From contig CAZWJT010000006.1 in assembly GCA_964634935.1 (NCBI GenBank), forward strand, positions 10,189-74,188: 64,000 nucleotides of DNA, written 5' to 3'. This DNA is from an uncultured Planctomycetia bacterium. Lineage in GTDB: Bacteria > Omnitrophota > Gorgyraeia > Duberdicusellales > Duberdicusellaceae. Under the pieces are notes generated by a model. It saw only the letters and a list, made by a program, of their open reading frames with translations. It was not told where the DNA came from and searched no databases. Shown in pieces: positions 27,001 through 39,000 of this stretch (its first letter is position 1; the number at the start of each line of letters is the position of its first letter). The position numbers and the translations under genes were made by a program.

Positions 27001-30000
27001 CAGACGCGCTTGCAGAGTAACGGGAAAACTGATTCTGTTGTTGAACGTTTTATCTTGAAAGTTAACCAGTATAGGGAAGCATTGAAAATGCGGGGTGACA
27101 ACCCCGATGCGGCAGCGCGCCTTACGAAGGCTGGTTTAAAAGAGTTTCCCGAAGATGAGAAATTAATCGCCCTTCATCGGGATACAGTAGCCGTCATTGA
27201 GAGCAGAGACTTACTCCTGTGTGAAGCGCGTTCCTGCCGTAACGATAGGAATTTTCCACGCATGGCAAGCCTCTATATGCAGGCAGTAAGATTAGGCAAA
27301 GATGTTCGTAGGGTTCATCAAGAGGCCACTTCGGCTATCGACCAGATGTACCACGAGGGTTTTTACGATCATTCTCATCAGATGGCCGGCGATTTGTTGG
27401 AAGTATACCCCGGCGATGCGCCATTACGGGAACTTCGTGATCACTCATGGGCGCATATGTTACTTGCGATGCTGCGGCCACAGAAGAATATTTTAACGGC
27501 AATCCTTGAGGCAAAAAATAACCAGCACAAAAGGCGCAATAGCCGTTACCGTTTTACCTCGGTTGTTTTTGGGGAAGAAAGTTTTACTGTACGGCGGGTG
27601 AGAGCAGTAGATAAGGACGGAAAACCTCTTTTAGCTATTGATAATCTCCGCAGAATCGCGCACAAAGCAGACAGTTTCCGGTTTCTCACCCCTTCTGGTA
27701 CGATAAAAACATCTGATTATTTTGAAGTTGTTGAAGTGGCTCCTGACTCGATTAGTTTTGGATTTGAAAATATTGAACAACGGCAAAGAGCGCTCGAATT
27801 TATTGAGAAGAATGGTCTCATGGAAGAAGCTGATGATATTGCCACGCGACGTCAGAAAGAGGCAATCGAAGAAGTCATCCGTAGCTTGGAAGCTTCTTTC
27901 AGTAAGTATAGGGTTACCACTGGAAATGAGTTTTTGGATATTCTTTTCGGTCTGCGCGAACAGCCTGTTGTACAATCCGCAGGGACCATAGAACTTCTTG
28001 TTCCTGCAATACGGAATGATCAATCGCAGATGCAGGCGATTTTAAATAGCCTTGATTTTGCAAATCCCGTCACCCTCATTCAGGGTCCACCAGGGACTGG
28101 TAAGACGACAACAATTGCTGAAATTGTAAATTGTTTTATTCGCAACGGTAAGCGCATACTCGTAGTTTCTCAGTCTCATGCCGCGGTGAATAACGTTTGC
28201 GAGCGGTTACTCCGGAATCAGATTGGTTTTGCGCGCGTAGGGCAGCAAGAAGAAAAGGTGAGCGAGGAAATCAAAGAACAGTGGGAACAGCGAGAAAGGA
28301 TCTTAAGGGATTTTCAGGAGCAATACCAGAAAAAGCACCAGGGGTTCGTGGTATTGGGCACCAACAATGGTTTTTCCAGCGATAAATTTATCCGTAAATC
28401 CCCATTTTTCCATGAATTTGACGTAGTAATTGTTGAAGAGGTTGCCCGTGCAACGATAGCCGAAACACTCGTTCCCATCTCCATGGCGATTTCTCGGGGA
28501 AAAGTTATTTTAGTTGGAGATCATAAACAACTGCCTGCTTTTGGGGTGAATCCCGAATCTATTGAGATGATTCATGAAGAGATTGCAGAGTACCAGTATC
28601 GGCTTGAAGAATTCCGCTTGCCTTCAGTTGAAGAAATATTTTCTCCCGCCAACTTGCATAATTTCAAAAAATCGCTCTTTGAGCGGGCGTTCGTTGAAAT
28701 AACCCGCCAGAGAGGGGTTACGCTTGATACGCACACGCTTTTGATAAATCGCCGTTCACATCCTATGCAGGTTGGATTAATTAACATTTTCTACGATGGA
28801 GTACTTAAGCCGCGTGATTATGACAGAATACCCAAAGAAAAAACCGAACCGGATACTCTGAAATTAGTTGATTTAGTAGAATCTGGGGAGCAGATTGCCG
28901 GCCATTCTTACTATAATCTCGATGAGGCTGATGCTGTACTTTTTGAATTTGTCCGTCTTTACCACCAAAAGAATCCCGATGGTTCTTACCGGTACAACAC
29001 GCAGGATATCACGATTCTTTCTCCATACTTAGAGCAGAATGAAGTTATCTGGTCCGGGCTTCGCGCCAAGGCGGTGATTGATAAGATTCGTTGCATCCCG
29101 CGGAATAATATCCAACTTTCCGAAATCGAACAGGAAGCGCTGTGGGATATCGTGCGGCCAGATCTTTTTGCCGACAAAAAACAGAGGATATTCAGAAATC
29201 CGAGAACTGGATCATTTGTCTGCGCTTTCATCCGGCAGCCGTTTGTACAGAGCATAGGACGGTTTCTTGAGTTTGCGATATTAGCGATTCCTGAGCGCCA
29301 CGAAAGGCAGTTGATTTTCGAGGAAGTCGCCAGTACCGATATTTTGGTGAATACCGTTGATGCTATTCAGGGTCACGAAAATAAAGTGGTGATTGTTTCA
29401 TTGGTGCGCAGCAACCGGAGTGGAAACCTCGGGTTTTTAGCCACTGTCGACGGGATGCAAAGGCTGAATGTTTCTTTGTCGCGTATGCAGGAAAAATTGA
29501 TTCTGGTTGGAGATTTTAGCGGTACGCTTACGAAGGCGCGCAATGACGCTGCTCGGCAGGTGAATAGCAAGATCAAAGAATATATTGAAAGACATGGCCA
29601 ATATCGCCGAGTCAGTCGACGCGAGGAACATAACCGTGATCGAGGCAGCCATTCGCATGGATTTATCGGATCGACAGATTTGGAGTTATGCAGTATCGGA
29701 ACGTTCATTCTTGGATTTATGTTGGTGCTCATTGTTCTGCGCAGTCGGAATTCCATAAGGCGGGTATTGAAAATTCTGGAACAGGTTGATGTTGGCAATA
29801 GACCTTTGATGGATTTTCGAGAAATTACTCATCGCATTCTTTCTTATGTTTCTGTTCTTTTTTCTGATTTGACCAATTGCGTTGATTTTTTACGCTGCTT
29901 ACTTTATAAGGCAGAAGCTATTATTGCTAAGCAAGATTACGGTGAAAAATATAATTCATTTGTTGCCAGGTGTATTCTTTATGTAAAGCAATTCTTTCAC

Positions 30001-33000
30001 AATGAGCGCTTAGAGTATGTGGTTGAATTCATGAGTAAATCCGGTTTGCATCAAAAAGAACGTATGACAGAAAGCAGTATGCAATATGTGAATGATTTAT
30101 ACGCGCAGGTTCATCCGGTTTTTTCCAAAATAACCGGCACGCAATGGGGGCAAATTTCGGATACATTTGTGACTGTAGGATACTTACGTCCAGGCGGAGG
30201 CGAGTCGCCCAAAAACAGCAACGGTTCAGGATTTTTGTTTTCTGCCGATGTTCATTATTATTACGTGCTTACAGCCGGACATGTAGTAAGCGGTGTATCT
30301 CCGGAGCGGGAAATTACCTTATCCTTTGACCACGGGATTGTATATGGGCAGCGGATTCCTGAAGATGAAATAAAAGAGGCATGTGCGATTGCTGGTGTTC
30401 CTCAGGATCTCGATATAGGTGTGATTCGTGTTGAAAAAGCAAAGATTTCTTTCCCGGTGTTTTCACTTGATTCAGAAACAGCGCATGTTGCCCGCGGGTT
30501 CTGGAAGATGCTGCCGGGTTTACAAAAATACCAATCTCTTGTTTTAGGAAGCACCTCATTGTTCCCGCGGAAGATTCATGTTGTTTCAGGAATAGCCGCC
30601 CCCGTAGGAGACAATCTTGATTTTGAGATTCAAGCCAGAATCCTCCATGGGTTCAGCGGTGGGCCCGTATTCAACGAACGAGGGAAGCTTATCGGTATGG
30701 TTTATGCTGGATCTCACCAAGCAAGTTACGCTTTTGATATCCATATGCTCAAACGAGTTTTCGATCATATCCCTTCCGTGGTTCTACACCAGAGAGCGCG
30801 GCGCGATCTTCATTACTCATTTGTATTTTTGTCTGTTCCCGGTTTCATCATTCTTGGATTGTTTTTTATCATGTTTTTTGTTTTTTGCTATTGGAAGAAA
30901 ATTAGTTTGTTTTTATCCCGCAATAACCATGAGGACTTCGAAGGAGCAGCTCACCCGATAACTCTGCCTTCTCCGCAGCCGCACTGGCACGGTTCAAGCA
31001 CAAAGCTTAGTTGGGATTCTCCAGAGCAGGTAACGCAGGCTGCGAAGGTATTTCTTACTCGATCCCATATTCCATTTCCCCGAGCTTACATGAAAGATGG
31101 CAGAGTCATTGAGTCAATGCCGCAATTTACAGCCGCCGAGTTACAGGCAGTTGCCGGGAATCTCTCCGCCCAGGAGTTTGTCCGGTCTCTTTACCAAGGT
31201 TACCATGACGGCATAACTGGTATTGCTGGGCTTTCGGCAGAGTCTGATTTGTGCATTCGATTCCTGAATAGATTTTCTCTCTACCCGAATGGGATGTATT
31301 GGTTCCGTTATCCCGAACAGGGCAAGATCATTGCAGATAAAATTTCTAGTTTCGATCAACAGATGGTCAGCCAAATTACCATTATTGGGGTGTGGAATGG
31401 AGAAGAAGCATATTCTCTCGGATTAATGCTGAGAGCACTTATTCCTCAAAAACAATGTTTGATTACCGGAGTCGATGCGGTGGAACCAGACAAGAAAGCA
31501 GTTTCTTGGATAGACGACGCACTCATTCCAGAATATCTTCAGAGAGAATACGGTGCGTATTTTATTCCACAAGGACCAGGAGTTTCACAATGCCGTGATT
31601 GGGTTTTGCAGATCTGCAAATTTAAACAAGCGAATGTTCTTACCAGTGGTGTCCTTCCTTGTAATGCGGATGTTGTAGTTATCAATAATTTGTTAGGGGT
31701 TGATTTGAATGCAGAGCGGGATATAGCCCAGGTTCTCCACAATATTATTCTATCGTTGCGAATAGGTGGTTTTGTTCTCATGGACAGCAGTCACGTTCTT
31801 GGCAAGAATGAAGCAATATTGAAGCGGGCGATCTCTGGTTTTGTTTTATCTGGGATGTTGGAACAAATTGAGGAAGGTGTGTTTAGGAAAATCAGAAATT
31901 CTATCACGCGAAAAGATCTTCCTCAAACCTCAACCGCGCTTTCTTCAGTCACTTTTTATGATGTTGTGTTTGGCGGAAAAGAAGCCACGGTCACTGATTA
32001 TCTTTCCGGAGCGCTGGCTCCTGTGTTTGTATCTGTTCTTTTATGTCTTGTCGTTTTATGGGTGCTTCGGGTAGCGCCGCCAGCACGCAAGGTTATCCAA
32101 AAGATAAGCCGGTATCTTTTTCTGTCAGGTATCGCTCTTTGCGCTATTTCTTATGATATCAACATTTTTCTTTATGAGCCGGTTGGTTCGCAATGGTGGG
32201 TAAGGGGAGCGGGTTTTCTTCTGTTTGGTATCGGCGGGTATTATTTTTTACGAGAAATGCTTTCTGCTTCCAGAAAAAACAAGGAGATTGGTTCTTTTAT
32301 TCACGAGAAAGACAGAAACTCTATGTTTACATCAGGAGCAGATGTGTTTCTTCAAGAAGCTGCGTGTCCATTCAGGACCGTATTCCTTTTTGTGTTTGCC
32401 GCTTTTTTCTTTACGACGCTCGTTTCTCTATCCGCCCAGCAACAAAACGCACTACAGCGTGGTTACCACCAAGGAGACTATGCGAGGAGATACCGGGAAG
32501 TTGTCCGTCTCCTTGGTGAGATGCAATCGCGCCAATCGCCCCAGGCGTTGAGATGCTTGCAACGGTGGAGCTGGGGTCCGCGTTATCTGGAAGGCCGGAG
32601 AAACCACCCAATTCAAATTATTATCGGGCATCTCGACAACGACGATCTATATCCTTGTTATAAGAATGAAATCATGCAGTATTTTTTATCCGAGAAAAGA
32701 ATCGCATTTGTCGCCATACGGACTTTGATTCTGGGTCAGATAGATTCTCCCGATTTCAAACAAACCAGAAATCTGGATCTTTTGTCGAGCATGATCGCAC
32801 ATGCGCGTCGATATATGCCTTTGCGGTATCGGGAGATCAAAAATGAAGTGCATAGCCTTATGCATGATCGCACCAGAGATACTCAATATCGTAAGGCTGC
32901 CCGCATTGTTTTCCGCAGTCTGCAAGAACGTCAACGCACCCGGTCAATATTGATCACGAGTGCAGTCGTTTTGGGTTCGGTCATCCTGGTCTTGTTCTTA

Positions 33001-36000
33001 GCCAAATACGCACTTGGTATAAACTACAGCAGAATTTTTCAGGCAAGCTTACCTTTCATGCTCGCCGCAGCCGTTGCCGGCCTGAGCATGAATTATACTT
33101 TTTCGTTTGCCGTGTGTTTGGTAGCACTCGGAATAGCTTGCGTCTTAATCGTCAGCGCCCTGCTGCCTTTTGTCGTGCTTTCATATCGAGTAAACAGGCC
33201 GTTACGTGGGTTATTGTTTCCGTACCTTGACAAGGAATATACAGTTGCCCGGGAAGATAGAACGAAGATTCTGGATAATCCGGGTTACAGAAAATATTAT
33301 GCTTTGGCACGGATGATATCGCTTGGAATCTGTATGGCCCCAGCTTTCGTTATCCCTGCTCTGACATTGTTCCATACAAGCGGTTTTATTGCGCAAGACA
33401 TTGTGTTGCTCATGAGCGGACTGAGCATCGGTTCATTATTTTTTATGGCCGGGGCATTCCTTGATTTTAAACGTATGCGTCATGAATGGAGAGGATTAAA
33501 CATAGCCGGTATCTACAAGTACTATCGCCATCCGACATATCTTGCTTGGAAAATGGTGGGTATTTGGTCGTTCATAGTTCTCCCTGGTATAGTTGGTTTT
33601 ATTCTTACCTTGACGATTATTTTTATTAACGAGATTGAGTCATTAGAGGAAAATATTTCTTTATGGAGGCGTTATGGCCAAGCATATGAGAACTATGCGC
33701 GCAGTACGCCGCTCTTCTCAGAACTTATTTTTCATACGTCAGGGCTCTTCGGGCGCATTCTTTGGGGTACTCAAAAGAATGCGTGTTTTAGGAAGTCCGA
33801 TGATGGTTTTCTCCGGCGCAGGAGAGAAAACAATAGCGTTTCCAACGGCTTATTTTTGAGCGCCAATATGGTTGTGTTTTTATGCGCCGCATTTCTTGCG
33901 GTTTTTCTTCCGGCAGTGCAGCACTCTTTTTCTCGGATTCCCAGAACATACCGCCGGTCTGATTATGAAGGATATACGGATGAGGAGCTTTTGGAGATGC
34001 TTGAAATTATTCAGAGGCGGTTTGAGCGCAATCGTTTCCGGAGTCTCGGGCCAGATGAGGAAGCGGGAGCAAATGTGTTTCATATGAAAGCATTGCGCAA
34101 GCTCAATGATGGATTTTTTGAATATCTATCAAAGTATAGACCGTACCTTCTCTCTAAGTATTTTTCGCCTCGCCGGGTAGACCAAGGTGTCTTTCAAGAG
34201 ACGATGGCATCGGTTATCCAAGAGGCAGAAGCGCTCTATCGGCAGTATGAGGGGCGTGGTGGTCAATTCTATCTTATGTCTGATGACGAGCTGCTGAGCC
34301 GGCTTGATCAAGCCAGGAGAAAATTTGACTCTGAGGAAGCGTTGGTTGCAAAGCAAGAGCAGAGAAGCCCACGCTTTTTTTCATTGTCTCGTTTAAGGGA
34401 TAGCGATGCGAAATTTGCAGTTTTTTTAAGGAAGCAAAGGCCGGATTTATACCGAGATTATATGGTTGGTTTACGGGGGAATTACGGCTATCGGCAAATA
34501 ATAACGCGGTGGGGGAGAGGCGATTGTGCCCGCGACAAGATAATGCGGGAAGCGGCTCAAATGTTCTATCAAGGCAAAGATAGCCGCGGGAAAAGATATA
34601 CCGTGGCGGATTTAGTTTATTGGGGAGGATCTAGGGGCATTCGACGCGCTTACCAAGGTTTTTTAAAGGCTGTAATTCGAGAATATGGCGGTGATTATTT
34701 TGCCCGTGAAGGAAGTTCCTATGCTCAAAATATTTCTGACAGGATGGCCTGGGCAAATATGTGGTCTGCTGTTGAGGTTGATTACGATTTTGATATCCTT
34801 GAGCGGGCCAAGCTAAAAACCAGCCCAGTCTGTAATTTTTCGAGTATCCAAGATACGTCTGTGATTCGGAAGCTCTTGCAGATTCCAGACGCACAAGAAG
34901 CTTTGAGTCTCGATGATGTATGGAGCGAAGCTGGTTTAACTGCGCAAGAAAAAGAGCTTCTCCTTGTTTATTTTTCCCTGCACGATGCAAGCGCTCCTCT
35001 TCTTGCAGCAGTAGGAAACCATTTTGGTATTCATAACCGCGAAAGCGTTCGCCAAAAGAAAGAAATAGCCATCGCGAAAATCAGATTTGCGTTCATTGCC
35101 CTGGGGATACACTTTGTAGTTTCCCCGGAAGAATCCGTCACGCAGCAGCGGTTATTCGCAAAAGCATACGCAGCAAAGAGGGTTTTGGTGTTTTCTGATC
35201 TTGCCCATGGTCATACCGCGAAGGCAATAGCGATGTTGCACAAATTCAGCGTCGCGGAAACAAACCTTTTACGTGATTTTTACTGGCATAATAGAGAATT
35301 TGTTAGAAGACATAAAGGCTATTATCATTTTTCTCCTGTAAGACATCCTCTTGGTTTAGCCAGCGGAGCAGTTTCTATGCTCGCTCAAACGGATATTTTT
35401 TCTGACAACCAGCCGCATCAGTCCCAGATTTTTCCCCTAGAGCTCCAAAGCGCATTTGACTCGATTATTCCAATCATGTTGATTTTTATCGCATCCGTTG
35501 CTGTGGTTGCGTTTTTGATTCATCTGCTTATGCATCATCGGAATATTTCCAGCCAAAAGAAAGATATGTTTGAAAATATGATGACCATGGCATTCTTGTC
35601 TGTTCCCGCAATAGGTTTACCTGGCACAATCTTTCTTGGTCTTTTTGAAGGTCCTTTTGCGGAGAAACTTTGCGCGGGGAGCTTCCTTCTTTGTTTGGGA
35701 ATCGCAGCGGTCTATACGCTCTATAATTTATTTGAGGATTACGCCGAGAGAGGGCATGGGTTGAGCGGGAAAAAAATGGGAATTTTTCTGCTCGCATCCG
35801 CTCTAGCTTTTCTAGGGTTTCAATACAGCCATTTTTCCTGTAACAAGGATATACTATCCGGATCTTTTCTGCTTGATGCTCCCCAGGAAACGGTTTTCTC
35901 GTCCACTCATCAGAAAATTCAGCAAACTGTTCCCGTAGATTTTGCTCCCGGGGTATTCTTGAGCGCGCTGTTTCTTGTGTTTTTAGTCTTACTTCTGGTT

Positions 36001-39000
36001 CAGCCGGTTTATGGTGCAGAACACAGAGGTTCATTGGGGGGAGCGTTTCTTGGCCACAATGATAAGCATGCATCAAGCCTGGATATCCATAAGCTTGAAG
36101 CGGTAGTAAGAAACTTTGGTTTTCCGACCTGTTTAGCCAACGCATGCTTGCTTATTTACCTCATACGATTGTACGGCGAGCAAGCTGATTTGGGGGGGAT
36201 GTTTCGCAGAGGAGAAGATCATCCTTTCCAATATGTTGTGTTGACTCAAAAATGGGGAGAGCGGGATATAATGCCTTATGATGAAGATTGCGATGATTAT
36301 GAACGCACAGAAAAAGTTCATGGAGATGATTACGACCGGGGCATAGCTTCCTTAAGGCGCAGCGGTTATCTTGCTCGTGCAGAAGAAGAGCTATCCAGCC
36401 ACGCAGTAAATGAGAAAGAAATCACCAGTCTTATTAATCCTGTTTTTTCCCAACAATCTGGTTATTGCGCGGTGGTTATCTTGGTTGCAATGATGCTATC
36501 AGTAGTACCTGTATTCTTTGCTATGCCCGGGGCAAAGGCACTGGCCGAACAAATTCGCTTGACCACATTATCCCAACAACCGTTGGTAGCTCAGGAACCA
36601 CTGAATCACAATAGGTGTTGGCCGATGATTCAGGCTTGTATTGAAAAGAACGGAAGTGAAAACGCCCTAAAAATGAAAAGAGGTATTGAATTATTAGGTT
36701 TGGGTGCTCTGTGGAAACAGGAGATTTTTGAAGACCTCAGAGCGCTTGAGTGTGTTGAGGAGATACGCTGGAACAATTTTGTGCTTTCTAAGGAAGCGGC
36801 TTCTCGAGCCATATTCAGTGACCATTTTTGGATTGAAATAAAACTTAGGGGTGACAAAAAATGGTATGTGCTTGATAGGACGATTGGTCAGTTCGCGGAT
36901 GTTAAAGTGTTTATTTCGATGGGGGGGATGATGTATCTGCCGCGCATTCTGACGAAATATTTCATGAAAAAACAAGTGATCACCAAAGACAAAGCATTTT
37001 TAGGTATTTTTTCCCAGTATGATAAAGCCAAAGGCTTTTATGGGCTTAAGAAAGACTATCCGTTCCAGGGAAGACCGGAATACAACGGATGTGCAGATAA
37101 AAAAGCGAATAGTCAAGGATTGTCTCAAGGATCAAATCGTGCTGCTCGGAAAAAACATACTCAGGGATCCGCGTTCAATATATCCGGTAACTTACCCATT
37201 ATTGTTGTTTCTCTTTCAGTAATATTTTTTGTGCTTTCAACTTTGGGCATAGGAACCATCATGCATGCCAGGTCTCCAACGTATTTCGCAAAATTCAAGC
37301 ATGCAAAAGAAGCCAGAATTATTCATCGTTCCGCTTGTTTTCCTCGTAATGACTTGGATGATATGATGCGAGCTGCCCGTAAGATTATTTCCATGAGCAA
37401 GAAAAGGGAGATAGGCGCCGATCTCGCCGATAGATATGTCAGTGATTTATATGTGAGGTTTCTTTATTTTGATGCCGGACTCGAGAAATCACGCCAGCGC
37501 TATCCAGTGGCGGCGATGATTGTTGACGAGGATGGATTTGTTGTTTCTAAGGGCAGACGGTTTACCTACGGCGGGATGAGGGATTTCATTCATTCCGAGC
37601 GAGATGCCGTAATGAATGCTTCGCGAGAAACCTGCGCAAATTTTTCTCGTTGCACCCTTGTTACAACAATGGAGCCGTGTTTTCATTGCTCACAGCTTCT
37701 CAACCGTTGTCGTTTTCAGAGCGTGGTTATTGGAAGTCTCGAGAATAATATTGCAATGTTTGGCAACAGCATCCAAGTTATCAATAACGGGTATACAAAA
37801 ATTATCCCGGTTGCGTTTCGTGTCACACAACTGCTGTGTCGTAGCGGGTATCGTGACAGAAATATTCTCTGGCAAGAGCGGGCTCTTCTGTATCCGATGA
37901 ATAGGCTGCGGGAACATATGTATTTTCTTCTTGGCTATTTTCTCTATCGCTATTTTGGAATTCTACCAGGAGGGTTTATCCGTAAAGCAAGGAAGCGCCA
38001 TGCGTTTGGCTGTGTTATTTTGGCGTTGCGCGAGGCATTTAGAACAGGCAATCCGAGCCAAGTTGGATTTCTTTCTTCGTTTCTATTGCACTCAGTGGCC
38101 CCTGTTTACAATGTGAAGGGCCTTGGGCTTATGTTTATGCCTTATTATGAATGGCTTCAAAAGCACCTAACCGATAAATATCATGACAGATTGAATCATG
38201 TCCCGTTTGCTGTTGTGTTGATTGGCAACAGTCAGAACAGATGTCGTGCTCGCCAATTGCTTGACGGTCAACGCGCCCTTGGGAGGGAGAATATCTGGGA
38301 ATTGACCGGCATTGATACAGACGAGGATGTGTATTTAAAAACAGATGATTCAGTTATGCTCTTAGCATGTCAGCGTGATTTAAAATTGCTCTGCTGCCCC
38401 CATATTGCTTCTGTGGCAAAAATACTTGCGCGAGGATTAACCTTTTTAAGGGAAACAAAAAAATCTGTTGATAGGAGTAAAAAGAAAAACGCACAAAGCA
38501 ATTTGTATCGCTCGCACAATCTGGGTTTTTTCCCCGGTAGTGGTGTTATTTTATTGTTGATGGTGCTGGGTGTTTTTTCGTTGGCGGTAAGCGCAAAAGG
38601 CGCCAGGCTGATTTATGCAGGCAATGATCTTTTTACCCCGGTTTCCGCGGTAAAGAACCATATTGTCGCTTTGGTGCGAAACGGACAGAACGAAGCATTG
38701 GCATTGCGCTGGGATCTGCGTTTTGTGCACTATCAGGAATTTATCAAACATGCCGCAGCAATCAACGAAGCAATCATTGAATTGCTCAAAGACCCTGATT
38801 TTTGTTTGGATCATCCTGGGTTTATCAAACAGGCACTACGCACCAGGATTGAGATGATGGACCACGATGTTGTTCCGGTGAACAAAGGCGGATATATCGC
38901 TGGGCTTTCCAGGAGCGGGAAGGTAGCGATAAAGAAAGCAAGGGTTGGAATATCACGCAAGAGAATGAGTGAGCGCATCCTACGCGTACTTGCGCGGTTA

